The position numbers and the translations under genes were made by a program. Shown here piece after piece: positions 37,353 through 50,103 of a stretch of 64,000 nt of DNA. The number at the start of each line of letters is the position of its first letter. Position 1 is the stretch's first letter. The notes beneath the pieces were generated by a model, which searched no databases, was not told the origin of the DNA, and worked only from the letters and a program-made list of their open reading frames with translations. This stretch comes from Anolis carolinensis (lineage: Eukaryota): contig NC_085844.1 of NCBI RefSeq assembly GCF_035594765.1, forward strand, positions 240,080,107-240,144,106. The letters are read 5' to 3'.

Positions 37353-39004
37353 CTTATTTCTGAGTAAATTTATAGAGAATTGTACTGTGAGACTATAAAT
37401 GTCTGAGGTGTACCCAAGGTCATGCCTGATTGAATTTCCCTCTTTATAGTTATAATTGGATTGTACTGCAGGGTGCAACAATTATGCTTGTTCCCTATTC
37501 CCATAGGCTTGAATGGATATGAGACCTGGAAGATATGAGGAAATCAAGTAAACAGTAATCCCTGATAAATTTCTTCAGTGAGTTCCACCATCTGAACGCT
37601 CATATTTAACTCCATTCACCAGGGCTGCAAATGTAAAAATGCAGGTTCTGCAGCCCTTCTGATATTTTGGCTCAAACTCCCATAATTCCTGACCATTAAC
37701 CAGATGGAGTTGGAATCCAACAACATCCTAAAGTCCGTAGGTTTCCTACTCCTCGAATCAGGAAACATTTGATCCTCAGGCCCTATGTTAGGCTATCTGA
37801 AGGATATTGTTCATAATGTGACAACTCCACGGGAGGAAGCACCCCCTGCAAAGTCTTCTGAAGAGGTCAAGGACCCTTCCCTATGGACAAAAGGCTCTGT
37901 CCTGACAACAGAATCCAATACATGACAATATACAAAACCAGCAGCTATGCCACTGGAACACCCACTGAGTAATAGATAGCTGACCGTCTCCACGTTTGAA
38001 GAAAGACAAGGCAAGGCTGATATCCTCCAATGTAAGACGCTAATTAGCTCTCCCCTGCTATGGAAGCAATTGCTTTCCAGTGAGGTCAAAGTGGATATCA
38101 CATATTAATTATATTCAAAGTACGCTTCCATTTCTGTTCTTCAAGCACAGGATTCCCAACAGTGCTAGCAGGAGGAGATTTTATAGCCTCTTGGTTCAAT
38201 GCAGCTCACAGAATGTTTGAAGCCATTAAGAATTATGCAATGACGCTGCGGGGTTCCTTTGTCCAGAATATATGCTAGCAAATTTGTTTTGGCCAGAGAC
38301 AAACCAAGGAAGAGGCAGGCTGCCAACATAACCCTCTGGCTTGACTACCTTGTGGGTTTGATTAGTGTTCATGATTTCTGAGGCATCCCAAGGCCAAGTT
38401 CTCCCATTCTTCTACTATTGTACAATTCAACTTAATTTTTTTAAAGAACTAGATACCCCAAGCCAATAAATTCACCCTATTCTTGATCTGGGACCATAAC
38501 AATAAAAAAACATTCATTCAATAAATTCACTCTAGGCTCTAAAACAAGCTGAGATAGAAACCTTGCAATCTGAACCACCCTATAAACACTTTGGACAAGA
38601 TTATAAATCGTTATTCTTTCTGAAAATGTATTGACATTTTTGAACCCTCAAAATAATAGGAATAAATCAATCATATACCAATAAAAAGTCTGAATAATGC
38701 TATTACTCAACCCAATCAGAGTAGATTCATTGAATCAATGGGACTTACCAATATGATGTCTCAGCAATTGATTCAGTGGGTGTACTGTTCTTGTTGTTGT
38801 ATGCCTTCAAGTCATTTCCTACTTATACTGACCCTAAAGTCATGGGGTTTACTGGGAAGGATTTGTTGAGGGGGTTTATCATTGCCTTCCTCTGAGGCAT
38901 TTCCAGTAGCATGGCAGGAAAACTGGTACATAAGATAACTAAAAATGAGTACACAGGTTAAATATGAGTGTGATGCAGCAACCAAAAAAGAAAAGCAATG
39001 TGCT

Positions 39005-39725
39005 CCTGACTATAAGAGCTGTTCAACAGTGGAACTTACTGCCTCAAAGTGTGTTGGAGGCTCCTTCTTGAAGACTTTAAAATGAAGCTGGATGAGCATC
39101 TGTCAGGTGTGCTTTGATTGTGCTTTCTCTGCATGGCAGCAGATTGGACTGGATGGCCTGCGTGATATCGCTATGATTCTATGAATGTAGGTTGTATTAG
39201 CAGGAGGACAGTGTCCAATGATGTAGAAGTCCCACTATATTCTGTTTTAGCCATTCTTCACCTAGAATATTGTATTCAGTTCTGAGAACCACAGTTCAAG
39301 AAGCTGGAAAATGTCCAGAGGAGGCTGACCAAGACGAAAAAAGGTCTAGAAATTAAGTCCCAAGAAGAGGAACAATTTAGAGAGTTTAGCTTAGAAAAAT
39401 CTGAGTGGTGATATCATACCCGTCTATAAATGTCTGAAGGGATGTCATGTAAAAGATGGAGCAAGCTTGTTTTCTGCTGCTCCAGAGATTAGAACATGAA
39501 CTTGTAGATTCAATTAACAAGAAAAGAGACTCCACCTAAGCACTGGGAAGAGCATATTCATTGTAAGAACGATTCAACCATGGAATAACTTGTTGGGCGG
39601 GGTGTCGAGAAGATAAGTTTTCCATCCTTGGAGATCTTCAAGTAGAGAGCTTGGGTGATTATCTATCAGGAGTGCTTTAGTTGTGAATTCCTGAATTGCA
39701 TGGGATTGGACTAGATGAGTCTTGC
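39005..39725 (+). mobile_element. Two CR1 fragments (3' end plus older RT fragment)
   Basis: GAGCTGTTCAACAGTGGAAC..ATGATTCTATG; CCAGAGGAGG..GAGCAAGCTTGTTTTCTGCTGC. Confidence 0.75.
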
Positions 39726-40144
39726 ATCTGATTTGTGTAGCATTGTATATAGTATTTTAATGGTGTATTTTCTATTGTATTTAATGATTTGATTTTTATG
39801 TATTATTTGTTTGTCCTATATGTGAAAGACCTATGGTCTAAGCATTGAATAAACTGAAGTAGCCCTTCCAATTCTATGATTCTATGAATTATTGTGAATG
39901 AAGACTAACTTTAGTAAGAAACTGAGCTGAACTCATTATGGTTAAAAGGCTGCAAAAACTATTTTCAAATACTGTCAATATCTACAGAGGGCAGCAAATA
40001 TTAAAATATACATTACAATGGATGAGGTATTCTTCCATGACAGAAGTACATCTCTACTGAGTTCATTCAGCCCATTGAGCTTGAGCATAACCGCATTTCC
40101 TAGATATACATAGCATACTTTTACAAAGATTTAGCATTGGGTCT

Positions 40145-40315
40145 AAATGCTTTTTGCTGTGTGCCTTCACATTGTTTCCAATCCTAAGATGAACCTATCA
40201 TGGGGTTTTCTGAGAGTGAATGACTTGCCCAAGGTCTCCAAGGCCAAGCAGGGAATTGAATCCCGCTCTCCAGAGTCACAGCCCAGCACTCAAACCACTG
40301 CACCACACTGTCTCT
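40145..40315 (-). mobile_element. Old tRNA-head SINE with BovB-like tail
   Basis: TGACTTGCCCAAGGTC..CAAACCACTGCACCACACTG. Confidence 0.6.
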
Positions 40316-40367
40316 TAATCACACCTTCATCAAGTCAAACTCCACTTAGTTTAGGAATGTTGGGAAA

Positions 40368-41005
40368 TGTGTTGTCAAAGATTTTCATTGCCAGAATCAC
40401 TGATTGCTGTGAGTTTTCCGGGCTGTATGGCCATATTCTAGAAACATTCTTTCTTGATGTTTCGCCCACATCTATGGGCAGGCATCCTCAGAGGTTGTGA
40501 GGTGTTGGAAACTAGGCAAGTGGGGTTTATACGTATATCTGCAGAATGTTCAGGTTGGGAGAAAGAAGTCTGCTTGAGGCAAGTGTGAATGTTGCAGTTG
40601 GCCAGCTTGATTAGCATTGAATAGCCTTGCATTTTCAAATCCTGGCTGCTTCCTGCCTGGGGGAATCCTATGTTGGGAGGTGTTAACTGGCACTGGTTGT
40701 TTCTTGTCTAGAAAAAGAAGTTCAATATGCAGTAATGCTACGTAGTAATTACTATATTTACGAATTTAGCACCAAAATATCAAGATGTATTGAAAACATT
40801 GACTACAAAAATGCGTTGGATAATCCAGAACGTTGGATAAGCGAATGTTGGATAAGTGAGACTCTACTGTACTGGCAGCCAGATTTTGTTCATTTCCATG
40901 GTTTCCTCCTTTCTGTTGAAATTGTCCGCATGCTTGTGGATTTCAATGACTTCTATGTTTAGTCTGACATGGTGGTTGTTAGAGTGGTCCAACATTTCTG
41001 TGTTC
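40368..41005 (-). mobile_element. Penelope-like element interrupted by a Tigger MITE fragment (40712-40872)
   Basis: GTGTTGTCAAAG..GTTTTCCGGGCTGTATGGCC..GTTTCGCCCACATCTATGG; resumes at 40873. Confidence 0.8.
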
Positions 41006-42576
41006 TAGGACTACTCTAATTTTGTGTCTGGAAATGGAAAATTTTCAGATATGATATATAACTCAGCTCCCCACTGACTTCACCCCAACTGAATTCTTCT
41101 AAGGGCAAATCATAGGCAGCAAAGGAGTTCTGCTAGAAGATTACTCTGTCAACAGATTTCTGTATCAGCTGGGCTTTTAACGGGAGAAAGGAATTTCTGG
41201 TTGTGCCTAACTCTAATCCCACGTAGCCAGACCATCTCTGAGTTAGGATTGCACTGCCTATCTGTCCCAATCCCATACTTTTTCGTTAAAGGCAGCCGTG
41301 TGCCCTGCCTTGCATGAATTGATTCAGAAAGTGGACATGCCTGCACATGATGCATTTTCTACACACCAGGGCAGGCAAGATAAGGTTTCCCCCCAACCCA
41401 TCTGCATTCAGAAAGCCAGTCACTCAACCCAACATCTTGCCTGGAAATGCACTCCTTTAGCATAACATCTGGCAAGTCAAATCTTTCCTTCTCAGAAATG
41501 AGCTCCGTGGGCCGCTATGAAACTGGGGGGAAAGATAGAAACCACGGTAATTGATGTCAAAAAACCTCCCATCTTTTTGGCACTGCTGGGCTGGATCTGA
41601 CACTACAGATAGTAATCACGACTCAAGAGCAAGTTCTCGGAGGGAAGAGCAGCCTAAAAATCCCAGCATTCTTAAAGTGACTAGCAGGCACAATTTTGAC
41701 TTGGTGAACAAAGAAGGCAGGGCTTTCATGGGTTCCTCTTTCTCAGTCAGTATGTCATTAAGTAGCAGCACTTTTGTGGGTCTGCAACACCTAGCATTTT
41801 GGACTACAACCCCCAGTACCTCCCGAAAAACATGAGTATTTTTCTCTTTCCCCCCTCTTCGACCTTTGGTTTCTGTCTCCAAAATGCGTCCTGTAATGCT
41901 TTGCTTGCCTCCTGCTTTTCCTCCTGTCCCTCCCTCCCCTCTCATTTTCACTCTGCCAGGATTAAAGCACCCCATCAAAGGCCATCTAGTTAATAATATA
42001 AAATCATTTTGATTTCATGGAATTATATAAGCCAATCAAGCCGCACCGTAAAGAGGACATCAGATCTCCATTAAAGAGAGGCTGCTTGTCATTACCCATC
42101 TTCCGCTCTGGAAGTGACAAGCGTATGCCAAACCAGACAGGCTCATCACAAACCCTTAGTGCTGAAAACAGTCCAGCGGGAGACAGCTGAGAAGCAGAGG
42201 GGGTGGAGAGGAACAGAAAGAGGTTCCTAGGAATTATGCAGCTCGGCCAGCCTAAAGAAATAAGCTACAATCACACCTGGGGTAGCCACTGTCAAGAGTT
42301 ATTAATTTCACCCCGAGGGCAGCAGGGAGCCCTGGTTCACTGTCACGGCCAGTTATCACAAAGTTACTCTTGAAATAATACAGTTGGTCTTCCATATCCG
42401 GGGCTCTGCATCCACAGAAGCATCCAACCATGGTTCACAAATATTCAGGAAAACAATCCAAAAAACAAACCTTGATTTTGTAGCATGCTGAGTACTATGT
42501 AGGCTGTAGTCATCCACCATTTCACAGAAACTCAGACTCGGTCTGGCATTTGTTTGAGTTGTTTACCATATTAATT

Positions 42577-42825
42577 GGAGCTGTGGTGGAACAATGGGTT
42601 AAACCCTTGTGCCAGCTGAACTGCAGACCTGAAGATTGAGGTTTGAATCTGCAAAATGGGGTGAACTCCTGTTTGACAGACCTAGCTTCCCATGCGGAGA
42701 ATGAGAGAAGCCTCTCAGCAGGATGGTAACACATCTGGGCATCTCCTGGGCAATATCTTTGAAGACGGCCGATTCTCTCACACCAGAAAATACTTGCCTC
42801 AATTCGCTTCTGACACAATAAAAAA
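42577..42825 (+). mobile_element. Squam2-type SINE
   Basis: family match; A-rich tail. Confidence 0.85.
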
Positions 42826-42845
42826 CATGCTAAATTAGAGACATG

Positions 42846-43372
42846 TTAGAGACCACACCTGGAATACTGTGTCCAATTCTGGGCATCACAGTTGAAGGGA
42901 GATGTGGACAAGCTGGAAAGCATCCAGAGGAGGGCAACTAAAATGATCAAGGGTCTGGAGAACAAGTCCTGTGAGGAGCGGCTTAAAGAACTGGGTATGT
43001 TTAGCCTGCGAAAGAGAAGGTTGAAAGGAGACATGATAGCCATGTATAAATATGTGAAGGGAAGGAGGAGCAAGCTTGTTTTCTGCTGCCCTGGAGACTA
43101 GGACGCAGAACAATGGCTTTAAACTACAGGAAAGGAGATTCCACTTGAACATCAGGAAGAAATTCCTCACTGTGAGAGCTGTTCGGCAATGGAACTCTCT
43201 CCCCCGGACTGTGGTGGAGGCTCCTTCTTTGGAGGCTTTTAAGCAGAGGCTGGATGGCCATCTGTCGGGGGTGCTTTGAATGCGATTTCCTGCTTCTTGG
43301 CAAGGGGTTGGACTGGATGGCCCATGAGGTCTCTTCCGACTATGATTCTATGATTCTATGATTCTATGATTT
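42846..43372 (+). mobile_element. CR1 LINE 3' end, young
   Basis: ORFs 42892-43101 and 43076-43279 give the CR1 RT C-terminus ([18 protein letters not shown]) with one frameshift; (ATTCTATG)n tail. Confidence 0.95.
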
Positions 43373-44261
43373 ATGAGACACAATTTTACTGCACCATTGC
43401 ATATAATGGAACTTGAGCATCCACAGAAGTTGCTGCCCATGGGAGTCCTAGAGCTAAACCTCAGTGGATACCAAAGGCTTATTGTAATTGATTTCCCTTA
43501 TTCATTAAAGCGTTGGAAAAAACAACTCTTTGCATTGCTCATTGTCACCTCAGTTATAAAAACAAACTGGGTGCTTTTGGGAGTTTAAAATAGCCTTGAG
43601 AATAGAATGAAAATTGAAAAACACCTCCCTAAGTTCCTCTAAAAATGCCCCTTGAAGTAAGTTTTTTGACATAACTAGGAAACTTTGCTCATTATTAGGG
43701 ATGGAAAGAATATGTGTAGTTATTCATTCCCAAGTCAAAAAATGGATTTCTTGACAGTTGGGAAACCCCATTGGGAAGAATAATAAGAGATTGCAAATTT
43801 TGTACAATTTTCTCTTGGCATTTGACATCCCAAAGTTTTGAAGAGAAATTATTCTATGAAGAAAAAAAAATGGGCCAGAATCTCATATTGTAGTTACAAT
43901 TTTTAGCTGCTCTGTATAGTATTATAGTATGTCACTTTACCCCACCCCAACCCATATCTACAGGGCTAGTATTTGCAGTCTATTTATCTATGACCAGCAA
44001 ATAGGTCACCCCTAAACATTTTCAAGATCATCTAGCAGGTTTGATACTTTGGATCTCTAATTATAAGGATCAATGACCAAAAGTCTATTTGTACCACACG
44101 GCTATTATAGCTCTTTAGGATTATTCTCCACATAACTCTCATGGCTCTGTACTGTGGAACATTGGGGTTTGTAGTTTGGTGAGGCACTGGAGAGAATTCT
44201 GAACGCCCCAGTCTAAACTGCAAATCCCAGATTTCCATGGGGCAGAACCATGGCCATTAAA

Positions 44262-44408
44262 TGTTATAACAGAGCTTTAATTGTGTGTTGTTCTTTTATA
44301 TGCTGTTTATATTGTATTGTTTTGGGCATGGCCCCATGTAAGCCGCCCCGAGTCCCCGTTGGGGAGATGGTGGCGGGGTATAAATAAAGTTTTATTATTA
44401 TTATTATA
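44262..44408 (+). mobile_element. L2 3' end inside a palindromic MITE (44085-44420)
   Basis: GTAAGCCGCCCCGAGTCCCC..GGGGAGATGGTGGCGGGG..AATAAA (TTA)n. Confidence 0.75.
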
Positions 44409-44603
44409 GTGTGCATGGAGCTCAAGTGACAGATAAGTAGTTCTGCAGAACTACTGCCAATCAAAATAGATGAGAGCTTGGAAGAGTTTCTTATGGACTA
44501 AATATTCCAGAATCCTCTGATCAGCATACTTAGCAGCTATTCTGCCTGGCAGATTCTGGTAGTTGTCAGCGCAGATGTTCAACTGGTGAAGATATGTGAT
44601 GTA

Positions 44604-46175
44604 GGGCGCTTTCAGACAGGGCCCAAAATGTGGGCTCTGTTGGACTTTTATCTGAGGCATCTAAATGACACCTCAGGTAGAAGCGAATTAATTCAGGACT
44701 AAGCAGATAAACCCTGCTTTAGTCCGAATTAATTAGATACCCCACTAGATCTGGGCCTTCCTGAAAGGTTTGGTTCTAATGGGGTATTGGTCCTGTAGGA
44801 ACAGACTCCTGAGACTGCTTCTGCAGTTTCAGAAGTCTGTCCCCACAGCTCTATTTGCTTCTTTGGGCTCCATGAGTGTGATGTCTCAGGCACCTTTGGC
44901 CCCTGAGCAAACTGAAGAAGGCTTGGGTTTTTTCCTAAGTCAGCAAGATTCAATTCCTTTCCAGATGCCTACTGTTGACATTTCCGTGCCAGAGCCAATT
45001 AAGGACGCCCTTGAGACAGTGCAGCCTCTCCCGGGTTCTCCGGATGGTTTACTGTTTGATAGAAGGGCTTTTCTGAAAACAGACTGTTCTCAGAAGCAAA
45101 GTTTGCGACGAAGCGCCAGATTAGCGGAGCGAGGCGATTATGGCTAGCTCAATTCTCTTGGGAAGAATTAGGGAGGGAGGCACCTGGTGCGATGTCTTTG
45201 GCGGACCAGTTCTCTTGGGAAGAATTGGGGAGTCCAGCACCTGCTCTGGGGGGCTTATGAACTTCCATAAAAGTTTTGCGCTGAAAACCTTCGGCGCAGT
45301 GTCAACTTAACTTCTGACTGGGAAGCATCGTCGTCTCTTGTTCCTGATCTCCAAGTGGCCTGACGGTGCACTTACTCTGGAGTAGACCGGGTGTTGGTTT
45401 ACCTTTTTGCCAAGTTGGGACTGCTTTTCAGCACCTGAACACCTAGTTTTTTGCCTTGCCCTGAAATCCTGATTTAGACATTTATTCTAGAGGACTCTTC
45501 TTGCTCCCTGCTCTTTTCCCCACTCAAAACTCAGACGGAGTTTGAGTGTGTTTCGGTTTCTGGGTTTTGAACTCTAATACTGGACATAAGACTTTATCTT
45601 AAATTGATCTTTTCTGGAAGGTCAATTGCTACTTTTACTTTGCTGCTTATTTCCATTTGGAACTTTATTTGCTTTAATAAAGATATTATATTGTTATTGG
45701 CTTCTGTGTTGGTTCCCAGTGTTCGTGCCGCCTAGGAGTGTTACAATGAGCCTGTAGAAGCAAAGAGGATACCCACCTTCTTCTCAACCCTCCCTCCCCA
45801 AAAGCCTTAAAAATAAAGAAAAAATTACTGAGTCGCCATGAGACTGTTCCAGCAGCCCTCCTGGTGTGTAAAAATGATGCACCAGGAGGCAGGAGGGCAA
45901 ATTGCTCCTTGCCGCCACCTCCCGATGTGTCATTTTTACGCACCAGGATTGCTGCTGGATCAGCCTTATGGTGACTCTGCAAGTTTTTCTTCATTTTTAA
46001 GGCTTTTGGGGGGCAGTTGGGTGGCTCAATGCCATCTCAAAAGTTTTCAGGATGGCATTGGGACACCCACCTGGGAAAGCTGGTTTTGGGGGGAGTCATG
46101 GGGACTTAAACCCGCTTTGGAGTGGGTTTCTTTAATCCGCTCTGAAACGGGTTTAAGCCCTGTGTGGAAGTGCCC
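44604..46175. mobile_element. PIF/Harbinger non-autonomous element hosting a solo LTR
   Basis: TIR GGGCGCTTTCAGACAGGGC / GCCCTGTGTGGAAGTGCCC; 3-bp TSD GTA. Confidence 0.8.
44877..45745 (+). mobile_element. Solo LTR (Gypsy-like), 869 bp
   Basis: TGTGA...TTACA termini; perfect 5-bp TSD ATGAG; CATAAAA TATA-like box and AATAAA near the 3' end. Confidence 0.9.
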
Positions 46176-46964
46176 GTAGATTACCTTCTTGGTAGCTAAT
46201 CCCAAACTGTGGCCTTATCATTCAAATTCTGCAGCATGAATTGCTCATATTTACAGTTCTACCACTCACTCCACCTTGGGAACGGGAGAAATATGGTTAT
46301 TCTATTAGGCTATTGCTTTGTCCAATTTCAGAAGCCCTATTTCGTTTCAGCCATTGCTAACATATTCTAGCTAGTGAATACTTTCTACGGAAGGTATGAA
46401 AACTGCATATATCACATCAGAGCTTCAAGCTGTACTTTTACTTAGCACCAACCAAATCTAATTTAGGAGATAATGTCCATGAAATAGGGCATTATCGCAG
46501 GGTCATGATTTCTCCTGCTGTTATATAAATGTCGAGGCAAAGCCAAGTTTCTATTTCAAGAACAAGACACACTGATCTTGTGACATTTTTTCTCTTCCAA
46601 ATACAATAATTGTCCAGGACAAAATGGTTGATAACAACTCTTCTGTTGAGTAGCTGGTTACACTGGGATGATAGTAATTTGTTAGTGTTTGCTAGACGAT
46701 ATTTTATCTTAAGATAAATGGTTAATCTATTTTATATTAAGAGATAGCATCAATTTTCAGTTCTCTAGGTGTTACAAATTTTGTCCTCAAATAAAATTGT
46801 CCCAGTTCCATTTGGGACACATATTGCAAGCAAGGAAGGATAATATATAAAGATATAACCCACATCCTTTTAATTTGAGATGTCAGAAACTGAAGGTACA
46901 TACAGAGCATATTCACTATCATTGATTATAGCTTCTTCCCAACACAAATCCAGAAGAAGTTACT

Positions 46965-47150
46965 TTTCATAGGATCATACGTTCTTGGAACCATTTAATC
47001 CAACCCTCAGCCATGCAGGAATACACAATTACATCACTCCTGAAAAATATCAATTCAACTGTTGTTAGACCTTCAAAGATTAACCTCTTGGACAATCTTT
47101 TCCACTTTCAAACAGCTTTTAAAATAAAGTTCTTCGAAATGTTTAAGTGG
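46965..47150 (-). mobile_element. Degraded CR1 3' end
   Basis: reverse CR1 3' UTR similarity. Confidence 0.55.
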
Positions 47151-47251
47151 AAACTTTGAGGTTTCTCTTTCCTAGGGTCACCATAAATCCAAGTTGATTT
47201 GATATCAGTTAGCAACAACAAGTAGTTCCTTAATGGAGACATTATATTCCT

Positions 47252-47328
47252 TGGTTGCTGTGAGTTTTCTGGGCTGTATGGCCATGTTCCAGAAATATTC
47301 TCTCCTGAGAATATGGCAGGCATCCTCA
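47252..47328 (-). mobile_element. Penelope fragment with internal deletion
   Basis: GGTTGCTGTGAGTTTTCTGGGCTGTATGGCC..TATGGCAGGCATCCTCA. Confidence 0.7.
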
Positions 47329-47811
47329 TTATATTCCTCATTTGGAGAATAGAAAACTAAGAACTTGGGAGTTGCTTTGCTTCTTCCCATTATTTCATCA
47401 GGGCACAAAGCCTCTGAATGTGGATGTTTTATTAAACTATCAAAAATAGCAGCAGTGGACAGACAGATTCATTGTGATTTTAAAAAATAAAATAAAGTAG
47501 TTATATCAGCTTGGCAATGAAGAGGGAGGTGGATCCCTGCAGAGCTCAGCATGACAACAGCATTGTGCTTCTATGAACCTGGGAGAGTCTGGCAGTGTGA
47601 TACATAGCACTGGGAGTAGATGATACCAAATATCGCTTGATTTCAATTGTGAACCAGTCCAGTATAGCAGTTAATCATGTAGGACTGGATGTTGGAGGAG
47701 CCCACTTTCAAAACCCTTTTCCAGTATGAACCTCATTGGATGACATGTGGCTTATATCCTGTATTTCTTCTTATGAGCTCAAGTTGTATTCTTCCTCACA
47801 ACAGCATAGAG

Positions 47812-47946
47812 AAGTGAATCTCAACCTGTGGGTCCACAGGTGTTTTGGCCTACAACTCCCAGAAATGCCAGCTAGTTTACCAGCTGTTAGCATTTCTGGA
47901 AGTTGAAGGCCAAAACATCTGGGGACCCACAGGTTGAGAACCACTG
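47812..47946. mobile_element. hAT MITE (CAGTGGTTCTCAACC family)
   Basis: family match; TAGAG-ending flanks. Confidence 0.85.
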
Positions 47947-48409
47947 ACTTAGAGAATGAGACAGCACTTTTCAGATGACCTACTTCACAAGATTGTTGGA
48001 AGAATCAAGTGGAGAAGAAAAGCATGGATGTTTCCCATTGCCTCGTTCAACAAAAGACAGGATAGATACTTTGATTGTGCTTTTCCTGCATGGCATGGGG
48101 TTGTACTAGATGGCCCATGTGGTCTCTTCCAACTCTGTGATTCTATAAGAGATCTAACCAGTAAGTGTAACTACAGTAGACCTACTTATTACATGAACTT
48201 GTGGAACGCACTTTCAGTTACATGAGAGCAGCTTTGAATATCATATAACTGGGCAGAAGAACCTAGTGATGCCTAGAGAAAAGTTCTCTTTAGTCCACCA
48301 GTGCAATTCTATGGTAAATATGCATCACAAGTTCCACCAGAAGTCGACTACAGATCAAATTTGAGGCATAGAGGGAACATTTCCCTGGGCATTGATTGGT
48401 CCTCCTATG

Positions 48410-48545
48410 TCAGTGGTTCTCAACCTGGGGTCCCCAGATGTTTTTGGCCTTCAACTCCCATAAATCCTAACAGCTGATAAATTAGCTGGGATTTCTGGAA
48501 GTTGTAAGCCAAAAACATCTGGGGACCCCAGGTTGAGAACCACTG
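48410..48545. mobile_element. hAT MITE (CAGTGGTTCTCAACC family)
   Basis: perfect TIRs; TSD TCC(T/C)ATGT. Confidence 0.9.
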
Positions 48546-48715
48546 TCCCATGTGATTCTATGGTATGCTTCAACTGCAAGCCTATGACTTTTTACATTTC
48601 AGGTAAGAAAAATGGGGTTCTAGGTAAGGGTCCTAGCACAAATCTCCCATTTAATGCATGATCCTACTGTGATAAAAGGTACAAAAATAGGTTTTATTAA
48701 GTTAAATTAAATAGG

Positions 48716-49042
48716 TACAGTAAAGTCTCACTTATCCAAGACTCGCTTATCCAAGGTTCTGGATTATCCAAGGCATTTTTGTAGTCAATGTTTTCAATAT
48801 ATCATGATATTTTGGTGCTAAATTCATAAATACAGTAATTACAACATAACATTACTGCGTATTGAACTACTTTTTCTGTCAAATTTGTTGTATGACATGA
48901 TGTTTTGGTGCTTAATTTGTAAAATCATAACCTAATCTGATGTTTAGTAGTCTTTTCCTTAATCCCTCTTTATTATCCAAGATATTCACTTATCCAAGGT
49001 TCTGCCGGCCTGTTTAGCTTGGATAAGTGAGACTCTACTGTA
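48716..49042. mobile_element. Tigger-like MITE
   Basis: TACAGTAAAGTCTCACTTATCC / GGATAAGTGAGACTCTACTGTA. Confidence 0.9.
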
Positions 49043-49904
49043 TGTGAGAACCTGAAAACATAAGCCCAGAGATTAGTCCCTGGGACACTGGATCCATTGA
49101 ATTAATTCTTAAACAGTGAGTCAACACTTACATAAATCCCATTGATTCAATGGGCCTATTCTGCTTGGGACTAATAAAAAGCTTTATATATGCTGCCAGG
49201 CCCCTAAGCTATTTCCAAACTGTGTACTCTTGAGTCTTGTTGTGTACTGCATGAAACGCCTTTGAAACCACATGGACTGTCAGCCCAGCAGCCAGAAATA
49301 ATCTGTGAAATCAAAGGGAAGCCAAGGGGTAAAAATGAAGGGTTTCTTACAGTATTTCAGTCCACTGCCTCTCAAAAATTCCTCTAGTGCTTCAACGCCG
49401 GCTGGGGGAAGATAACACAAAGTGCAATCAGCAGTTTATGATGATCACGTTGAGTCGCTCTGACAAGTTCCATGGGAGATTTTTGTAGCAGTGCATGTCA
49501 CTTCAAAAACACCAACACAAAAAAACCAGGGCATTTGTTGAAACAAAGGTGTAGAAGCAATAACTGAACCAAGTCTGGGCAGGATTTGTCTGGAGGTCCA
49601 ATTGCACCGATGGCCTGGAGGGGATGCTGGACTCTGTTGGCAAAAAGACGGATAAGCCAATCATTTACCCTCAATAAAGCTTATACTCAACAGCAGTGGT
49701 ACACAGCCTGTGGCCCTCAAGGTGTTTGGGACTCCAACTCTCAGAAGCCCTAACCAGCTTGTTCAATGGCCAGCCCTCCTTAGTCTGATCATGCCCATTG
49801 TATTCCTGGTTGCTGGTCTATTAAGTATTGTTTCAATACAGTTTTAATGCTTTTTATATTTTGCTATTTTAAATTGTGTTAATTGGACTGTTGTACGTTA
49901 TTAT

Positions 49905-50057
49905 GTTTTTTTTAAATCTTTATTAAGTGTTTTTCATTAAAAGTCATACGTTAAAATCGACTGAGAAAAAACAGAGAAACAGAGAAAAAGAAGAAAATAA
50001 ACAAAAAAAGAAAAAAGAGGCAAGTGAGAGAGAAAGAAAGAAAAAGAAAAAAGAGAG

Positions 50058-50103
<46 letters not shown>

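Larger units (their letters stand above)
42379..43485. mobile_element. Tigger/MER2-like MITE hosting a SINE and a CR1
   Basis: left part 42379-42489, right part 43375-43485; continuous with the copies at 3196 and 19129. Confidence 0.7.
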
